The notes beneath the pieces are model-generated. The model did no database searches and was not told the DNA's origin. It saw only the letters and a list, made by a program, of their open reading frames with translations. Positions 1-12,847 of a stretch of DNA of 64,000 bases are shown here, piece by piece. The DNA is from Ptychomitrium polyphyllum (Eukaryota), in the NCBI GenBank assembly GCA_973851085.1, contig OZ316776.1, positions 9,548,001-9,612,000 of the forward strand. Reading direction: 5' to 3'. The stretch's first letter is position 1. The number at the start of each line of letters is the position of its first letter. Made by a program: the position numbers and the translations under genes.

Positions 1-338
1 GGCTACAGAAGTTTTCTAAAAATAATGAAAACTATATTTGTAAGACATCATTTAAAAGCTTACTTTTTCTCATATTAACACAAAGTACTCAATTACCCTT
101 AAAAAACAAACATGACGTTGTTCACTCTAGAGGATTGATTTCTCCAGACATACTTTGAATCGTTTCAAACTAGAGTACATCAAACACCATTAAGTGCTTT
201 TTCTGCTGAGAAATTTGCACCAAACACTCATGGCCAACCCCATGTAGTGCATGTTTCCCAGATGTAACAAACCGTGGTCCTTTCCTGCCTACTACAAGTA
301 CGTTTGCTACTTTAAAGTGGTTGTGCAAAATGGGAGCA

Positions 339-366
339 CTTTGACTTTGACTTTGACTTTGACTTT
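339..366. repeat. (CTTTGA)n microsatellite, about 4.5 copies
   Basis: ctttgactttgactttgactttgacttt read directly. Confidence 0.9.
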
Positions 367-394
367 GTGCAAATCCTTTCATGTGATATGCGAC

Positions 395-745
395 CTGTTT
401 CATGAGCGGAAGGACATGCTTCTCGGCGACTAGAAGGCCTCGGTGCTTGATTTGCATATCTCGCTGATCGATCAACTTGCGCGTATCATCTCGCATGATG
501 TTGGCCTGGGAGAAACGTTTGCAAAGGAGCTGATCACCGTGGCGCATGTACAGTCTGTGCTCCAGCAACTCGCAGAATCTGCGGTTTGTGGCTCCCGGAT
601 GCTGTGTCTGCGATAGGGAGGCAGCGTCCAGTTGGCTGCAGAGCACTGTGAAGGTCTCGACATCGGACTCCACTGGCGTCTCTCCACCTGCTCCATCTGG
701 TGTTAAACGAGTGAAGAGTGGTACCACGAAGTTGATGACACGACT
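395..745 (-). CDS. Probable coding exon (or pseudo-exon) of an unidentified minus-strand gene
   Basis: Stop-free minus frame (within ORF 170..727) with GC-rich third positions (…RRFCELLEHRLYMRHGDQLLCKRFSQANIMRDDTRKLIDQRDMQIK…PLMKQ). It ends at a CAG|GT donor near 395. No family recognised and boundaries are approximate. Confidence 0.3.
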
Positions 746-1199
746 GCGACATAGTGTTTTAAAATCCCGGCCTCATGTTTTTTACAATGTGGGCCTTTGT
801 TCACTGAGGCAACTCTGCACGTCTGTTCTTCCACGGAATCTAATTATATGGAACCCCCCTAATGTAGGCCCCATGGCGAATATTGCATCACCATCACTGA
901 ACCAACTCGTTTGGATTTGGCGGTGATTTGCTCCACGTGCTGAGCATCTACACCGATAGGCCAACATCAGAAATGCAAGCTCAAACTCGACTTTGGCTAC
1001 TGCTTTTCAAATAGCCTGGACGAACCAAGATATCGACTGAGCCTGACCCTGACCCTGAGACTAGCAACGCAATCACAGTTTTCCGTAATCATCAGAGCTA
1101 CTTTATCAACATTAATTTTTGATTGTTGATTGAACAAATCACAACTCTCATACCATAAATCACGCACCTGACATTTATGTCATCATACACAGTCAGTTC

Positions 1200-4030
1200 A
1201 TGTCTACTGCAATGCATGGGCAAGAGTTTTCAATATATGTTGAAGGAACTGCCTGTACTGTTGCACTTCTCTCAACAGTGTAGGCAGACGCATGTTGGGT
1301 CCATCCTAGCATGCTGGAATGTGAAGAAGGTTTGGAGGAGCTTTGGAAAGCTTTAGCGAGGCATGGGGAACTTGTGAGGTTTGGGCTACCTGCCACGGCA
1401 AGCCTTGCTTTAGTTCATTCTCAATCACTGCATGAAACTTGTTTCATGGTTAAGAAATTATGGTTGGCTGAGGTTTGGATAGTTTACTTTATTGACCTCA
1501 ATTGTGCTATAGGCGGTTCTCCGTGCTCTGGGATATGTTTACTCTTCGTTGTGGCTCGTTTGGAGGCTAACCGTCTCTAGGGTTGCCGTTGGGCTCTTTT
1601 GGGTTGGTGGGGCGTATGAAGGTATGTGTATATCACCTTCAACCTTAAATTTTGTTGTGCATGCAGATGTGGGCACACAATATGACTGGCTGGTGCACAA
1701 GGTCGTGCTGTCGGCTCCCTCTTCACGGGCTTGCGTTTATTCAAGCAGCTCGAACAATGAGCGGATGGTGTTAACTGCCAAAGTATAGCATTGGGATGTG
1801 AAGAATTTCTTGAAAGCGCAGATAGGAGGAAGCGTGTGTATCAAACCGCTGTCACTGTTTACACTCAGAAAAGTGACCTGGTAAAGAAGTGAGAGGAAAA
1901 TCTTATCAGTTTTATCCTCGTAGAAATGTTTGGTTTTATGAAGAAGGAGGAGCTCCAGTCTAACTTTGGCCTTGAGCCGAAATTCATAATCGTCAGCAAG
2001 AATGGAGGGGAAAATGACGGAATAGGAACAAGTGAGGTTGCGAGTGCAACTGGCATGGTTAACGTTTGTGCCGGAAGAGCCTCGACCAGATTTCATAGTC
2101 ACTTAAGGAAGAAGAACGCTTTGCTCATCCAGGTCAAGAAATGAAGGTCTGAGAAGTGACGGAGATAACCCCCGGTATCTCCACAATGTTTGGACAGACT
2201 GCTCTTGCAAATCAGGTTCTATCTGGCCCTCTCTCATATTATCATAGTGTGTTTCAATTCTCACATTATTGCAAGCATTCTAAGGGAGGTTCCAAAAATC
2301 GCACGAGAGGGTAGGTGCAGGTCCAATACTTTGGCATCACCCCAGTTCATGGTGAAAAGATCTTCCGATGTATTATTCAGCTGTATGGTTTTGTAAGCTG
2401 CTTTAGTCTCCCGGATATTCTCGGTAATTTTTCTTCTTGGCTAGATCGGCTGGGAGGTCAGCACTTTACCTGCTTAACCTTTGCCTTTGCCAAAATTCAA
2501 TAACCAAGAGATTTTTTTTTCAACAAATTGCATACAACTTCCTGTTTGATCCTCGTTCTATGTTGACTTACTTAAGATCATCTTGTTTTCTACTTGTTGT
2601 ATCTCCCTTCATCCTGCCAGTGGAGGGTTTCCTCATACCATCTTGGTTCCCCATCTGCGTTTGGCAAAACGAGAGCATGGAGCGCGTGGCAATTCTCAGT
2701 TTGTTACCGTTTTACTCTGAGTTGCCTCAAAATATCAGCTGGTTTTAAGGCGAGTAGTAAGCCCCCGTATATGCTTGCTGCGTAGTCATAATTGGTGCAT
2801 GCTGCTTCAGTGGATAACTCTGAGTTTAGTGATCTAAAGGGGAATGGTTAATTTCCCGTGGTACCTAAAGCTGCCCCTTCTAAACATTTCAATGAAAGCA
2901 TTGATGATCGCAAAGGTGATTTAAACTATCAAGCACATGGGAACAATATCAAAGGCTGAAATTCGAAGGTAACTTGCATAGCCAATTATTCAAGTTGTTC
3001 CATGAAGTCGGACACGTAGACGAGAACAAATGATTAAATGACGACAACTGCATTTGTAGGTCTGGAAGAACGCACCCAGGTCGGAAGCAATTGGCTTTAT
3101 AAGATGTCTCCGCAGAGGACTTGAGCCTGAAAAAGTGGGGCGGTGTTATAAGTAGTGAGGAATGGAATGGGTGCGTTGTTGATGGCCGTTTGCATGGCCA
3201 ACATGTTGCATTGAAGTTTGCCCACTTTGGCAAAGGAACGTGCGGGGGTGAGTCGGAGTTGTGTTATGTGAAATGTTGTGTTCACGTCTCATAGTTGTTA
3301 ATACTTTATCTAATGGGAGACTGAGCTGGAGAGAGCTTGTTTGTAACATCTTTACTGACAGATAGTCTAAGATAGATGCAGCGTGGAGCATGTTGGTGTT
3401 CAAGTGCACATGCAGTTTGCGACACTTTACCTGTTTGTGATCTTACACTATCCAGCCCATCGTTTGGCTGTGCTTGTGCAGGCTCTCCTGAAGGAGGTGA
3501 TTACCTATACTAAGATGGAGAAGCTTTGGAAGATTTCTATTCCTCGATTAATAGGATATGGAACCAGAAATAACGGTTGGGTTGTATTTGTCGCGACTGA
3601 ATTGATTGAAGGCGTTGAAATTGGAGAAGCTCGGATTTCTTGCAAAACTCTCAAATATGGAGCATCCTACTCTCCGTATTCTGGTCTATAGGGTTTCTCG
3701 TAGCCTGAGCATGGTGGTTCTATGAAGTGCTTCTTTGAAGGGCCAATATCTTTGACCACATGCAATATGCTGCAGAGTTGTCATTTGTTTCCTTTTTGTG
3801 TGGTGATTATTTACTGACGGTGATCCCGGAGGTGGAGACTGCAGCACTTTAAGCGCTTGATGTAGTCCTTGCATGCGGGTTGCTTAATTGAGATGTTTCT
3901 CCAAGTAACATTATTATTGTCTGGGAAAACAGCCTACTGTCCGCAGCCTGGATTTTGACTTCTTGTATATTACCAGCAACAAGAAGTTACAGGAGGCTTA
4001 AAGCACCTATTGAAGCACATGGTGAAGTAG
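1200..4030 (+). pseudogene. Decayed PD-(D/E)xK nuclease + kinase gene (Crinkler/CR-effector-like architecture)
   Basis: Ordered motif remnants on +: RPDFIV (2083-2100), then a frameshift to LLIQVKK (~2121-2141); IIQLYGF followed by a GTAAG donor (~2372-2397); Gly loop FGKGTCG|GTGAGT (~3226-3253); ALLKEVITYTKMEKLWKISIPRLIGYG…FVATELIEG (3482-3615); degenerate catalytic loop LN*DVSPSNIII (3883-3918); LDFDF (~3948-3962). Multiple in-frame stops and frameshifts. Confidence 0.6.
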
Positions 4031-5904
4031 GTGGGGTAGAAGCAAGTGATGCATGATATCCTTGCATTCTACTTTGTTAAGTGCAGGACAAGCACTTGAT
4101 CGAGAAACTTTCACCCGTCTTGTTTTAGCAAGAAATGCCGTGTTAATGGCATCAGAGCAGGGTCAACTCTTCATTTGGAGTGTGCTATTGTGCGCCTTCA
4201 TAATTTGCGGTTTACCTAGAAACAAAGGGATTGTGGATTGTACAGTTGCATCCATGCTCGACTAGGTCCAATCTGAACCAGCTAACAGATTCTGACTGGT
4301 TATATGTATCTATAGAAATTGACTCCAGCAGGCAGGTAGGCTTGCAATATTTCTCTACATTGGCGAAAATCTGTCGCTTGTATGGAACACTCTCAGTTTA
4401 AGCCTGTGCATAATGCAGAGCTAGTATACTTTCTTATCTGCGCGATGAGGTCACCAAAGAGAAACGAAGAGTAATATGGTTTACACTGGTGGGAAATTTC
4501 TGTGTAGATATAATACCTCGATCGATGGCTATGTCAACATCTGCAAAGTCTACATACAGTAAAATTATTTGTAAACAAACCCGCGGTCTCATCCAACATG
4601 TCACGTGTGAGCTCACCTTTTACCTTATTGCATTTTGTAAACATAAGCGTACAGAAATGTTGCAAATCCGATACGCATGATTATCGCGTGCGGCTTGAAA
4701 TCAACCCCCAAATTCGACCAACATCATGAATCCACAACTTACCAGCCTTCATAGCCTACACTAAGACTGTGGCCCTTGACATGAGTACCGACTTCTTTGC
4801 AGAAAAGCTCTCCCACTTCCATCCAATACTTTCAAATTTCAGACCAAGCAATTTTTCAAGAACGTCGTCTTCAAACTTTCTCACGTCAAACTCTCACATT
4901 AAGCGGAATACGTATCTTCTGATTCGGTAAAATGATGGCGATGTTTACGCCTTAAATCTCTGCCGGAAGGGCCCATCGAAACATTTCTCGTCTATGTCAA
5001 CCAATGACATGATTCCTACAAGTACACAATCAGTATACAGCTTCACAACTAACCTGGACAACTTCAGTGGAGGTAGATGATTACAAAGTATCAAGAACAT
5101 TGTCTCCATCTGTTGGTACAGTGAGACAGACGGCAAACAGAATTTACACTACTGCAATAATTCTAGTGCGGGAGGCTAAGAGGTTTGGCAACAGCGCCTG
5201 TATGAGGGCTTGTATAGATTGTGAGCAATGGAGTGCTAGTAGATTGCTTTCAAGTCACTTCGTCGGGTCAGTGATGGTTACAAGTACGAGCTAAGTATAT
5301 GTATGACGAGAGTTGCTATTTCATTCAACTACAATTTCAATAAACTGCAGATTAGTAACGACTCTGTGATGTTACTGTAGAAAGACGTATCTCTAAACCA
5401 AAGACACACTTTTAGAACAGAATATGAGAGTATAGTGAACCCCCAGTTAACAATTCATCTAGAAGCAGCGGTTTGCTGAACAAGCAGGACGTAAATCGCT
5501 ACACAATCCAGAATCTGAACGAGTGAAAGAGCCTAAGAAGAGAGTGAGTATGAGAGACAATCGAGAATCTGCTGCGATGATAATCACTTGATAATGTATT
5601 ATGATAAACATTCAACCTGCGTTTAGGCCCATCAGAATGCCTAGAATAATGAGCGCCTGTCAACCGACCTCTTTCCTGAAATCTATCTACACTGATGAAT
5701 CCGGAAGTCTACAATGTTCCCAACCTCACCGCCGCGTCTATAATCTGCGCATGAGCATGTAGGTGTAGTAGTTCCGAATCTGTTACAAATTTGCATCGTG
5801 TCACACCTGCGAACCCTGAAGAAACTAACGGCCGTGTAATGTACTTACACGCCGATCGATCATACCTCAACCTGCCAGAGCAACCTTATAATCCCACCCC
5901 ATGA

Positions 5905-7533
5905 TCACAAGAACAATTTGCTCCCGGGAGTGGACGTGTTCAAAGACTGACTCTCCAGAGAGTTCCGTGGCGCCTTCAAGCCCGTGTTCTCCTCGATGGA
6001 CAACCGGTGCGCCATCTCCTCGAACGACTTGCGCGGGACGCGCCTCACAATGTCCTGCACCGTCAGCTCGTAGTCGTCGCTCTGGTGCGCGATGTGGTGA
6101 TGGTGGTGGTGGTGGTGATGGTGATACTCGTGGTGGTATTGCTGCGTGTCGTCCAAGTCCAGGTTCTCGCGCGAGCCGTTCAGCATGCTCCTGCGCGGTG
6201 ACTGAACTGGGGAAGTGATGTTAAGAGAGTAGGAAGTTTTCCTCCGCCCGGTCGGAGAGGCAGGAACGTCATGCCCGCCATGCCCATATGTGAGATTACC
6301 ATGTCTAAGATGGTCGCGGAGCCCTTCCTCTGGGTTAGGATTCGACATGTCGCTCGACAATCGCACCGCCCGGGAGAAGTTGGGCACAATTACCATGTGC
6401 AATCCTGACTTCAATCCCACAGCAGTGACCTGGTTGTAACGAGCGCTCTTCGAAGGATACTCCTGCGCGTCATAGCCATCGCTGTTCGCGCTACTATCGC
6501 TACTATCGCTGTCGTGAGGATCAGCCTTGCTTACGACGAGTTTACCGCTTCTCCGAAACGGATCCTGTGTCTTCGCTTTGCGTCCCTTCCGGGAGGAGTC
6601 ATCCGGAACAATGCGGGCTTGTCTTGTAGGCTTTGGCGGAGTGCCATCCTTTACAGACTTCGACCTGAAGATAGCGAGCAGCTTCGACTTCCTCGATTGC
6701 TTGCTATCCTTCTGGACGTCGTCCGGGGACGTGTCGAAGGAGCAGCGCCGGCCTTTGAGCACATTCCACCGATTGGGCGTGAGCATGAACTGCATTGTAT
6801 TGAACACTTTCCCTTGCGGCACGATCTCCTGGACGTCCTTGCACATATCATCGTACATTTCCATGTTCATCACCAACTTGGGTTTCGGAGATACTGAGTC
6901 GTGTCTGTAGACAATCGCGTCCTGCTCATACGCTGCGATGGATTCATTGGCTAACGGAAGCGATTCGTCTACACTCTCGAGGTAACTACCACGGAACCGC
7001 TGTGACTCATTCACAGTTTCCAGCCAATTTCGCTCATTGGATCTCTCCTTTTCCGCAACGCTGTAACCATTTTGTGATCTCTGGTTTACACCAGTATATT
7101 GCTGAGGATGTTGTGCATATGGGTCGGAGTATTGGTTGATACGGGGGCTGTAGGTCGAGACGGGCTCGATTGTGGTTCCATCGTAGTGCTCAGAACCGTC
7201 AAATGAGACTTTCTGATGAGTGTCGGCGGATTGGAAGGCGAGGCCGAGGTGTTTGAAGACAGAATCAAGCTCATATTTATCGAACAAGGTGCTGCCGGCA
7301 TCCCAGCTGGGGAGGGCTTCCGTGACCATGGAGCGGCACTCGAGCTCATTCTTCATCAGCGCTTCGATCTTGAAGCGCGTGGCCTGTTGCACGATAATAC
7401 CACCGTAGTGGCGGTTGCTGTTAGATCCGCCTCCATTGTTGTGTTGGAATACCGCCCAGGCAGCTGCCTTGATGGTCTCTAGGTCATATCTCTCCTCAGA
7501 TCTCTTCTTTACTCTTGACTGCGACTCTCGCAT
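5905..7533 (-). CDS. Uncharacterised plant protein, single coding exon (~542 aa)
   Basis: Long ORF whose first ATG is at 7533, with an in-frame stop upstream. N-terminal DLETIKAAAWA…TRFKIEAL…TLFDKYELDSV resembles a small conserved land-plant motif family of unknown function. The remainder is low complexity with a poly-His tract. Confidence 0.85.
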   Translation of the reverse strand: MRESQSRVKKRSEERYDLETIKAAAWAVFQHNNGGGSNSNRHYGGIIVQQATRFKIEALMKNELECRSMVTEALPSWDAGSTLFDKYELDSVFKHLGLAFQSADTHQKVSFDGSEHYDGTTIEPVSTYSPRINQYSDPYAQHPQQYTGVNQRSQNGYSVAEKERSNERNWLETVNESQRFRGSYLESVDESLPLANESIAAYEQDAIVYRHDSVSPKPKLVMNMEMYDDMCKDVQEIVPQGKVFNTMQFMLTPNRWNVLKGRRCSFDTSPDDVQKDSKQSRKSKLLAIFRSKSVKDGTPPKPTRQARIVPDDSSRKGRKAKTQDPFRRSGKLVVSKADPHDSDSSDSSANSDGYDAQEYPSKSARYNQVTAVGLKSGLHMVIVPNFSRAVRLSSDMSNPNPEEGLRDHLRHGNLTYGHGGHDVPASPTGRRKTSYSLNITSPVQSPRRSMLNGSRENLDLDDTQQYHHEYHHHHHHHHHHIAHQSDDYELTVQDIVRRVPRKSFEEMAHRLSIEENTGLKAPRNSLESQSLNTSTPGSKLFL

Positions 7534-10500
7534 ATTGTGTACCAAGACTTGACCACAAATATAGATTTCCTTCTCACATCATTGTTCAACGGCGGTTTTC
7601 CTTCTCATCGTACACATCTGTGCAGCCGATAGGAATCCATGATCACCACTGTTGCAGTAAGCTAACACCTCGATTGCTCTGCTCCCCAGGCATGAATATG
7701 GCGAAGAAGCAGGTTCTACTCCTAGAACCTGATGTCATAGACGAATAACAAGACTTGCACGTAAGCAACTTCCTTGAGAACTTTCTCCCTTTCTCTCGCC
7801 CTCACATCTGATCAACGTTTTGAAATAGAAAAGTACAATGCAAGATATGCAACCAGAGTGATGTCCTCTAATTAATACGCAGACTGACATCACCGACCGG
7901 AGGGCATCTCGTTTGCAGTACAAAATTCCTCAAGCAGATCACTCTCTAGTCATTGTGTTTCCAAAATATTCTACTCAGGCTCTGCAGCTCGTAGGAGCGG
8001 TACTATGTACTTTGTAACTTCCGAAGCACTCTGATCGTTTTTTCTGGCATGCCCTATGCATTATCATGAACAGGGCTCAAGATCCGTCACCAAAAAAAAC
8101 AGCGTTTGCGCCTGATTATGATGTATACTGTCTCGTCACGAAGGTATAGCAATTTTACCTGCATGGAGAGCTTGAAAATTATCTCGTCTTTCTGTCAAAT
8201 CAGGTGCATAACTACCGATAGAATCTCATTTCAATGATCAAAGCGTGGACGAGGATTTCTGCAAAAACAAAACCGTGCAGTACAGATGGGTAAGAAAGTT
8301 CTAGATTTGCACCAAGCATGTACTATACAACTTGAAGCTAAATTTTCTGAGAGGCTTCCACAAGATATGACCTGTTACTTCAGCTTCCCTTTTAGTCTCG
8401 ATAATCTCCAAATTCAAGCTTCCAGCAGGAGTAGTTATGGATGTAATACTGGTCTCTGTGAACTAGGAGGAACCTTAAAATAAGTGACTGCAATGCTAGA
8501 CTTACAACTGAATGTGCCTTATAAACTCCACAGCTTTGAAGATCTTTCGCCAGTATGCAATGTAACACTATCGAAGTCACCAGCTAGCTCTTGCCCATGT
8601 GACGTCGCTGAAGTGCCAGTCAAGCTTCCCTACTACTCCCGACACTCTGTTCTCTAATCTACCAAACACTACAGGTCCGGCCACACCACCGGCTCGGATC
8701 AGATGACGTCAAGCAATCAACCACCGAGGTTTAGGAATTTCTTCAATGTTTCTTCAGTGTATTCGTGTCACTCGAATACATGCATAACAAAAAATGGCTA
8801 ACTCAGCCTCCGCCGCAACCTCTGCTGACTCTATCTCGCCTATGACCCTCGATGCACTCGCCATCACAGCAGCCAGGTACTAGTACTCCTCTCATCAAAG
8901 GCGACGTACCAACATCTTATTGCAGCAGAAACTCGACACCAACCCAGGCAGCACCGCTATATACCCAGCGCTCGTAATGTACCGTCTTCCCTGCCTCTTC
9001 CTTGTCAGAATCAATATGCTTTCAACGCACACCAGGACAATCAAGGCAGGACTTTTCTTCTCCCAGATGGTGCCACCCTCATTGATCCACCACGCAAGAT
9101 CCTATGTGAACGCCAGGAGATCGATGGCTGCCAAACAAAGAAGTGATGATGAAGACAACATGCCGCGTGTAGAGGAGGAATCGATCGGGCTAGTGGCGCT
9201 GCAAAGAGACTGACAAGCTGGGCGTGGAAGCTTTTGCGCAAGCTGCCAAGCAAGAGAGGGTGACGGCAAGGATGGGGATTCCATGGAGATAAGCCTCGTA
9301 GAAAGCCTAAACCCGTTACGAACCAATAATCTCAAATTACTGTAGATTTGAAGTAGTATATATTCGAGTAAGGTTTTCTAGGTGGCCTAATATGAGATTT
9401 AGCTACTCCTATCTTACAGGCTGCCGAGATCCCAGGCGTCCAAGCTGGTGCGCTTTCGGACCACAGAACTTCCTCTGCCAAGTCCTGCACGTGCATTGCC
9501 ACCCACACATAATATCCCATACCGCGCCGGGTCTACGCTCTAGCTTGTGTAACCGTAATGTTGCTTGTCTAGCTCCGTTTTGATACCCAATTGGGTCACG
9601 GCAGGGAGTTAAGCCAATTTTATGGCGATAAGTTAGAGTTTATCGTCAAAGTCGGGATATGGAAATTTTTTGGAGGGGCAGTTGACAGTTTGGGCTTTAC
9701 CAGCTTTGATTCTTACTCTGAGATGCTTCTGGGTGTATTTGTCCTCTTGGTGACATTTGGGAATCGGTTAGAGGCACGGACTGAATGTCAACCTCCAGTG
9801 GGTTGATACTATGGCCACATGAACTAGAAAGTGAAAAAGAGAGATTTATGCTCTCTTACTGTTGTTCCTGATCTTTTGGAGCGTAGGGTCTAGACGTACA
9901 AACTTTTAATTTATCATCGCTGAGAAGTTGAGTGCTTTCGAGTTCTCATGACCTGCATTCTCATTTGAAATGTAAAGAGAAAATCTAACTCCAGTCTCTT
10001 CTGACTCTGGTGTAAATCTCCTTTTCATTTGTCCTACAGATTGGTCTTTTTTTTTCTCAAAACATACAAACTTACATTGTTTCATAAAAGGAGCTCAGTC
10101 TATGACAGGAGTTGCTAGTTGTGAAGATGTGGTCGTGTAAAAACAATTATAGAGGTAACCTTTTTGTTGGATGGCCTTACAAGATCAGACAGTGCACGAG
10201 GATGACCAGCCTCTCGGGGTCCCTGAAAATGATACAGAAACCAACAGACTGTTCCTTCAGTCTTGCATGCAGGTCACATGAGGTTTGAGTTATTCTTCTT
10301 TGCTTTAAACACATAAGGATTAGTTTTCATTTTTGTCAGGACAGGTGGCGTGTAGTACAGGCTGCCATAGCTTCAGGAGCAATCCAGGCTCATTGGATGC
10401 TCTTTTCACATGTTATACTAGAGTAATACACATATGTGACTTGTCTATGTAAGACTTGGATGTAAAGTACTACACATCTTTGTACATGCTTCACTGCATG

Positions 10501-10604
10501 CAGAGAATCTAGCTCTCATTCTATGTGATCTTTTAAAACCCTTCATAACAAATAGCTAGCCTGTGATTTTTGTAAAAGGTGCCTCAGAATTTGCCAAAAA
10601 GGGC

Positions 10605-10870
10605 ATTGTGTTGCAAAACTACCTTCTTGTCATTCTGATATGGATATGATATCAAAATGAATGTATGTCATATTCCACATTATTTTTATGTCATCTTGAT
10701 ATCCAAATGAGACAAAAAGTACATAGGTGAAAATGACATCAATATAACATCAAAATGATGTATGTTTTAACATTCTTAAAATGACATCAATATGGCTTGA
10801 GTATAATTGATGGCATTTTATGTCACTTTCATGTCATTTTGATATTGTTTTCATTCAAGACATATTGGTG
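10605..10870. repeat. Dispersed AT-rich repeat built from AAAATGACATC-like units (non-autonomous element-like)
   Basis: Repeated caaaatga(c/t)a and atgtcatttt units. 10629-10665 matches the reverse complement of ~27275-27311. Confidence 0.55.
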
Positions 10871-11942
10871 CTATTTTCACTTTTGCTCCTGAAAAAAAGG
10901 ACAAAGAAAAATCGAAAGAAAAATAAAGAAACTCTTATTTGAACTTTTGACTCTTTATTTTGACATGCTTGCTCTTGGCTATCTAATTTGGATAATTCCA
11001 AACAATCATATATCAATTAAAATGTGACACTTTTTGTATCGATTAGGATTCTACCAACATCAACTTTATAATTGGAGAATCATTGATATGAATGATTTGG
11101 TTTTAATATAATTTAAAACATGTCGTAGTAGTAGAGTTGCTTTAAAAGATCAATGGGAGCATCATCTTTAACTGTAAGAAAATCAGCATCATACTCTTTT
11201 GTTCAATTTGACAAGCCCAGACTGTCTGTCACCCAAGTGATCATCACCTTGCACAAATGAGGCCTTTGCTCTCTCCAGAGCAAGCTCGACTAGACTCCCC
11301 TCCTGTCAAGCCCTCATGGTCTTGCTCTTGCTCCTTTCCATGTTATGAGTCAAGCTGCAAAGACGCCATTAAAGTGGCAGAATTCTTCCATATTAACAGC
11401 ATGTCCAGCAGCCCTGAAAAGGATATTTTCCATCATGGTAGCCAGTCTACCACATTCCTTCCAAGCTAGATCTCACACTCATGACAAACACTGTAGTACG
11501 TCAACATCAAGCTCCTTGCTCCCACTTGGGAAATCCATCACCATTCTTCTGTTACACAAAGCTGGATTCACTCCCAATGGAAAACACATCATTACAGCAT
11601 CCCTAAAAGCAAGCACCAACCGCCAAAAAGGATAGAATTTTCAGCAAATACAGCGCCATATGAATGTATCTCCCAACAACTGTGATCAACTACAAACTCC
11701 ACATTCATCCGCTACACTCTTCCAACTATTTCATCCACTGCTTCACTCAGGGAAGTCAGTATGGGAGAACTGATCTCCTTCACTGCGAAGTCAGGCCTCA
11801 GAACTGGGTTCCACATGGAACCTTGAGCTTTTTTGGAGCAGCACCGATCACGTGAATGCGTTCAGGTATCCCAGAATCCTCAAACAGACGATGCGTGTGG
11901 AGGTTCTGTAATTGGGTTTCTCTATAATCTTCTTCACTAGAA

Positions 11943-11970
11943 ATTTAGGGTTTGGGATTTTAGGGTTTAG
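11943..11970 (-). promoter_or_regulatory. Two telo-box / TTTAGGG-like motifs near the 5' end of the aprataxin gene
   Basis: atttagggtttgggattttagggtttag contains two copies of AAACCCTA on the minus strand. Confidence 0.45.
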
Positions 11971-12847
11971 GACTTGGAGTGGACATGGCGAGGGAACATC
12001 GCTGATTGCGCGATGGTCTTGAGGTTTCGAGGACAGCCGTGAACCTGCGGCGATCGGTAATGTTTCGTGAGTATTTCTGTGAGGTTCAAAGCTCTGAGAG
12101 GATTTTGGGACTTTTTCTAGGTCGAGTACTTTTGTGGAATTTGGTTTCAAGGCTGGTGATCTTTCTGTTACTGGGTGGCATGGAATGTAAGCCCGCGCGC
12201 GGTGCTGAGCAAAGGATTGAAGACTGATTTTGTATTGGATTGTTCTGTTACCGAAGTTTTGAGTAGGTAGAGCAGCCATAGATCGTGTACATAGTTGCGT
12301 AAGGTTTTAAGTCGTGACCTAGAATTGGATTTGAGTAGAAGTGATGGGGAAGGATGGTGTAGTTTGATTGAAATCGTTCGAAGAGTTCTTTGGATTGGCA
12401 GGGGATAAACTTGGCTCGGTCTTAGCATCGTGATCCTCTCTTGTCACCCCTGCCATCAACGTCCTTTGGTAATAAGATCGATATATACATACAGGATGGT
12501 TTCTTCTGCAGCTTGATTGTTCCGACAATGTCACATGTGGACCTTTCTGTAAATTGGGCACATCTTGAGAGCAATGTATCCTCATGATTCGATGTGTATG
12601 CAATTCTGTAATTTTCGTGGTCTTAGTCTAGGTCATGCGATCGATGAGAAACTATTTTACTCTCTGTTCTTATGACCTAGTATCGGAGTGCCTCCGCTGG
12701 CTACCAACAGCAGATTGGTTGATAGTGATGAAAATTATAACCAAGTGGAAGCTGAATGTTTACGAAGATCTCACCTTTGTTATGACTTCTGATTGAAAGG
12801 TTCTAGTACTTACTGGGCAATGTTGTAAGTGATACAGATGGTATTCA

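Noticed and set aside
1193..2102. Minus-strand ORFs as exons of a gene
   Set aside because: No recognisable motifs. The plus strand carries the ordered nuclease and kinase remnants.
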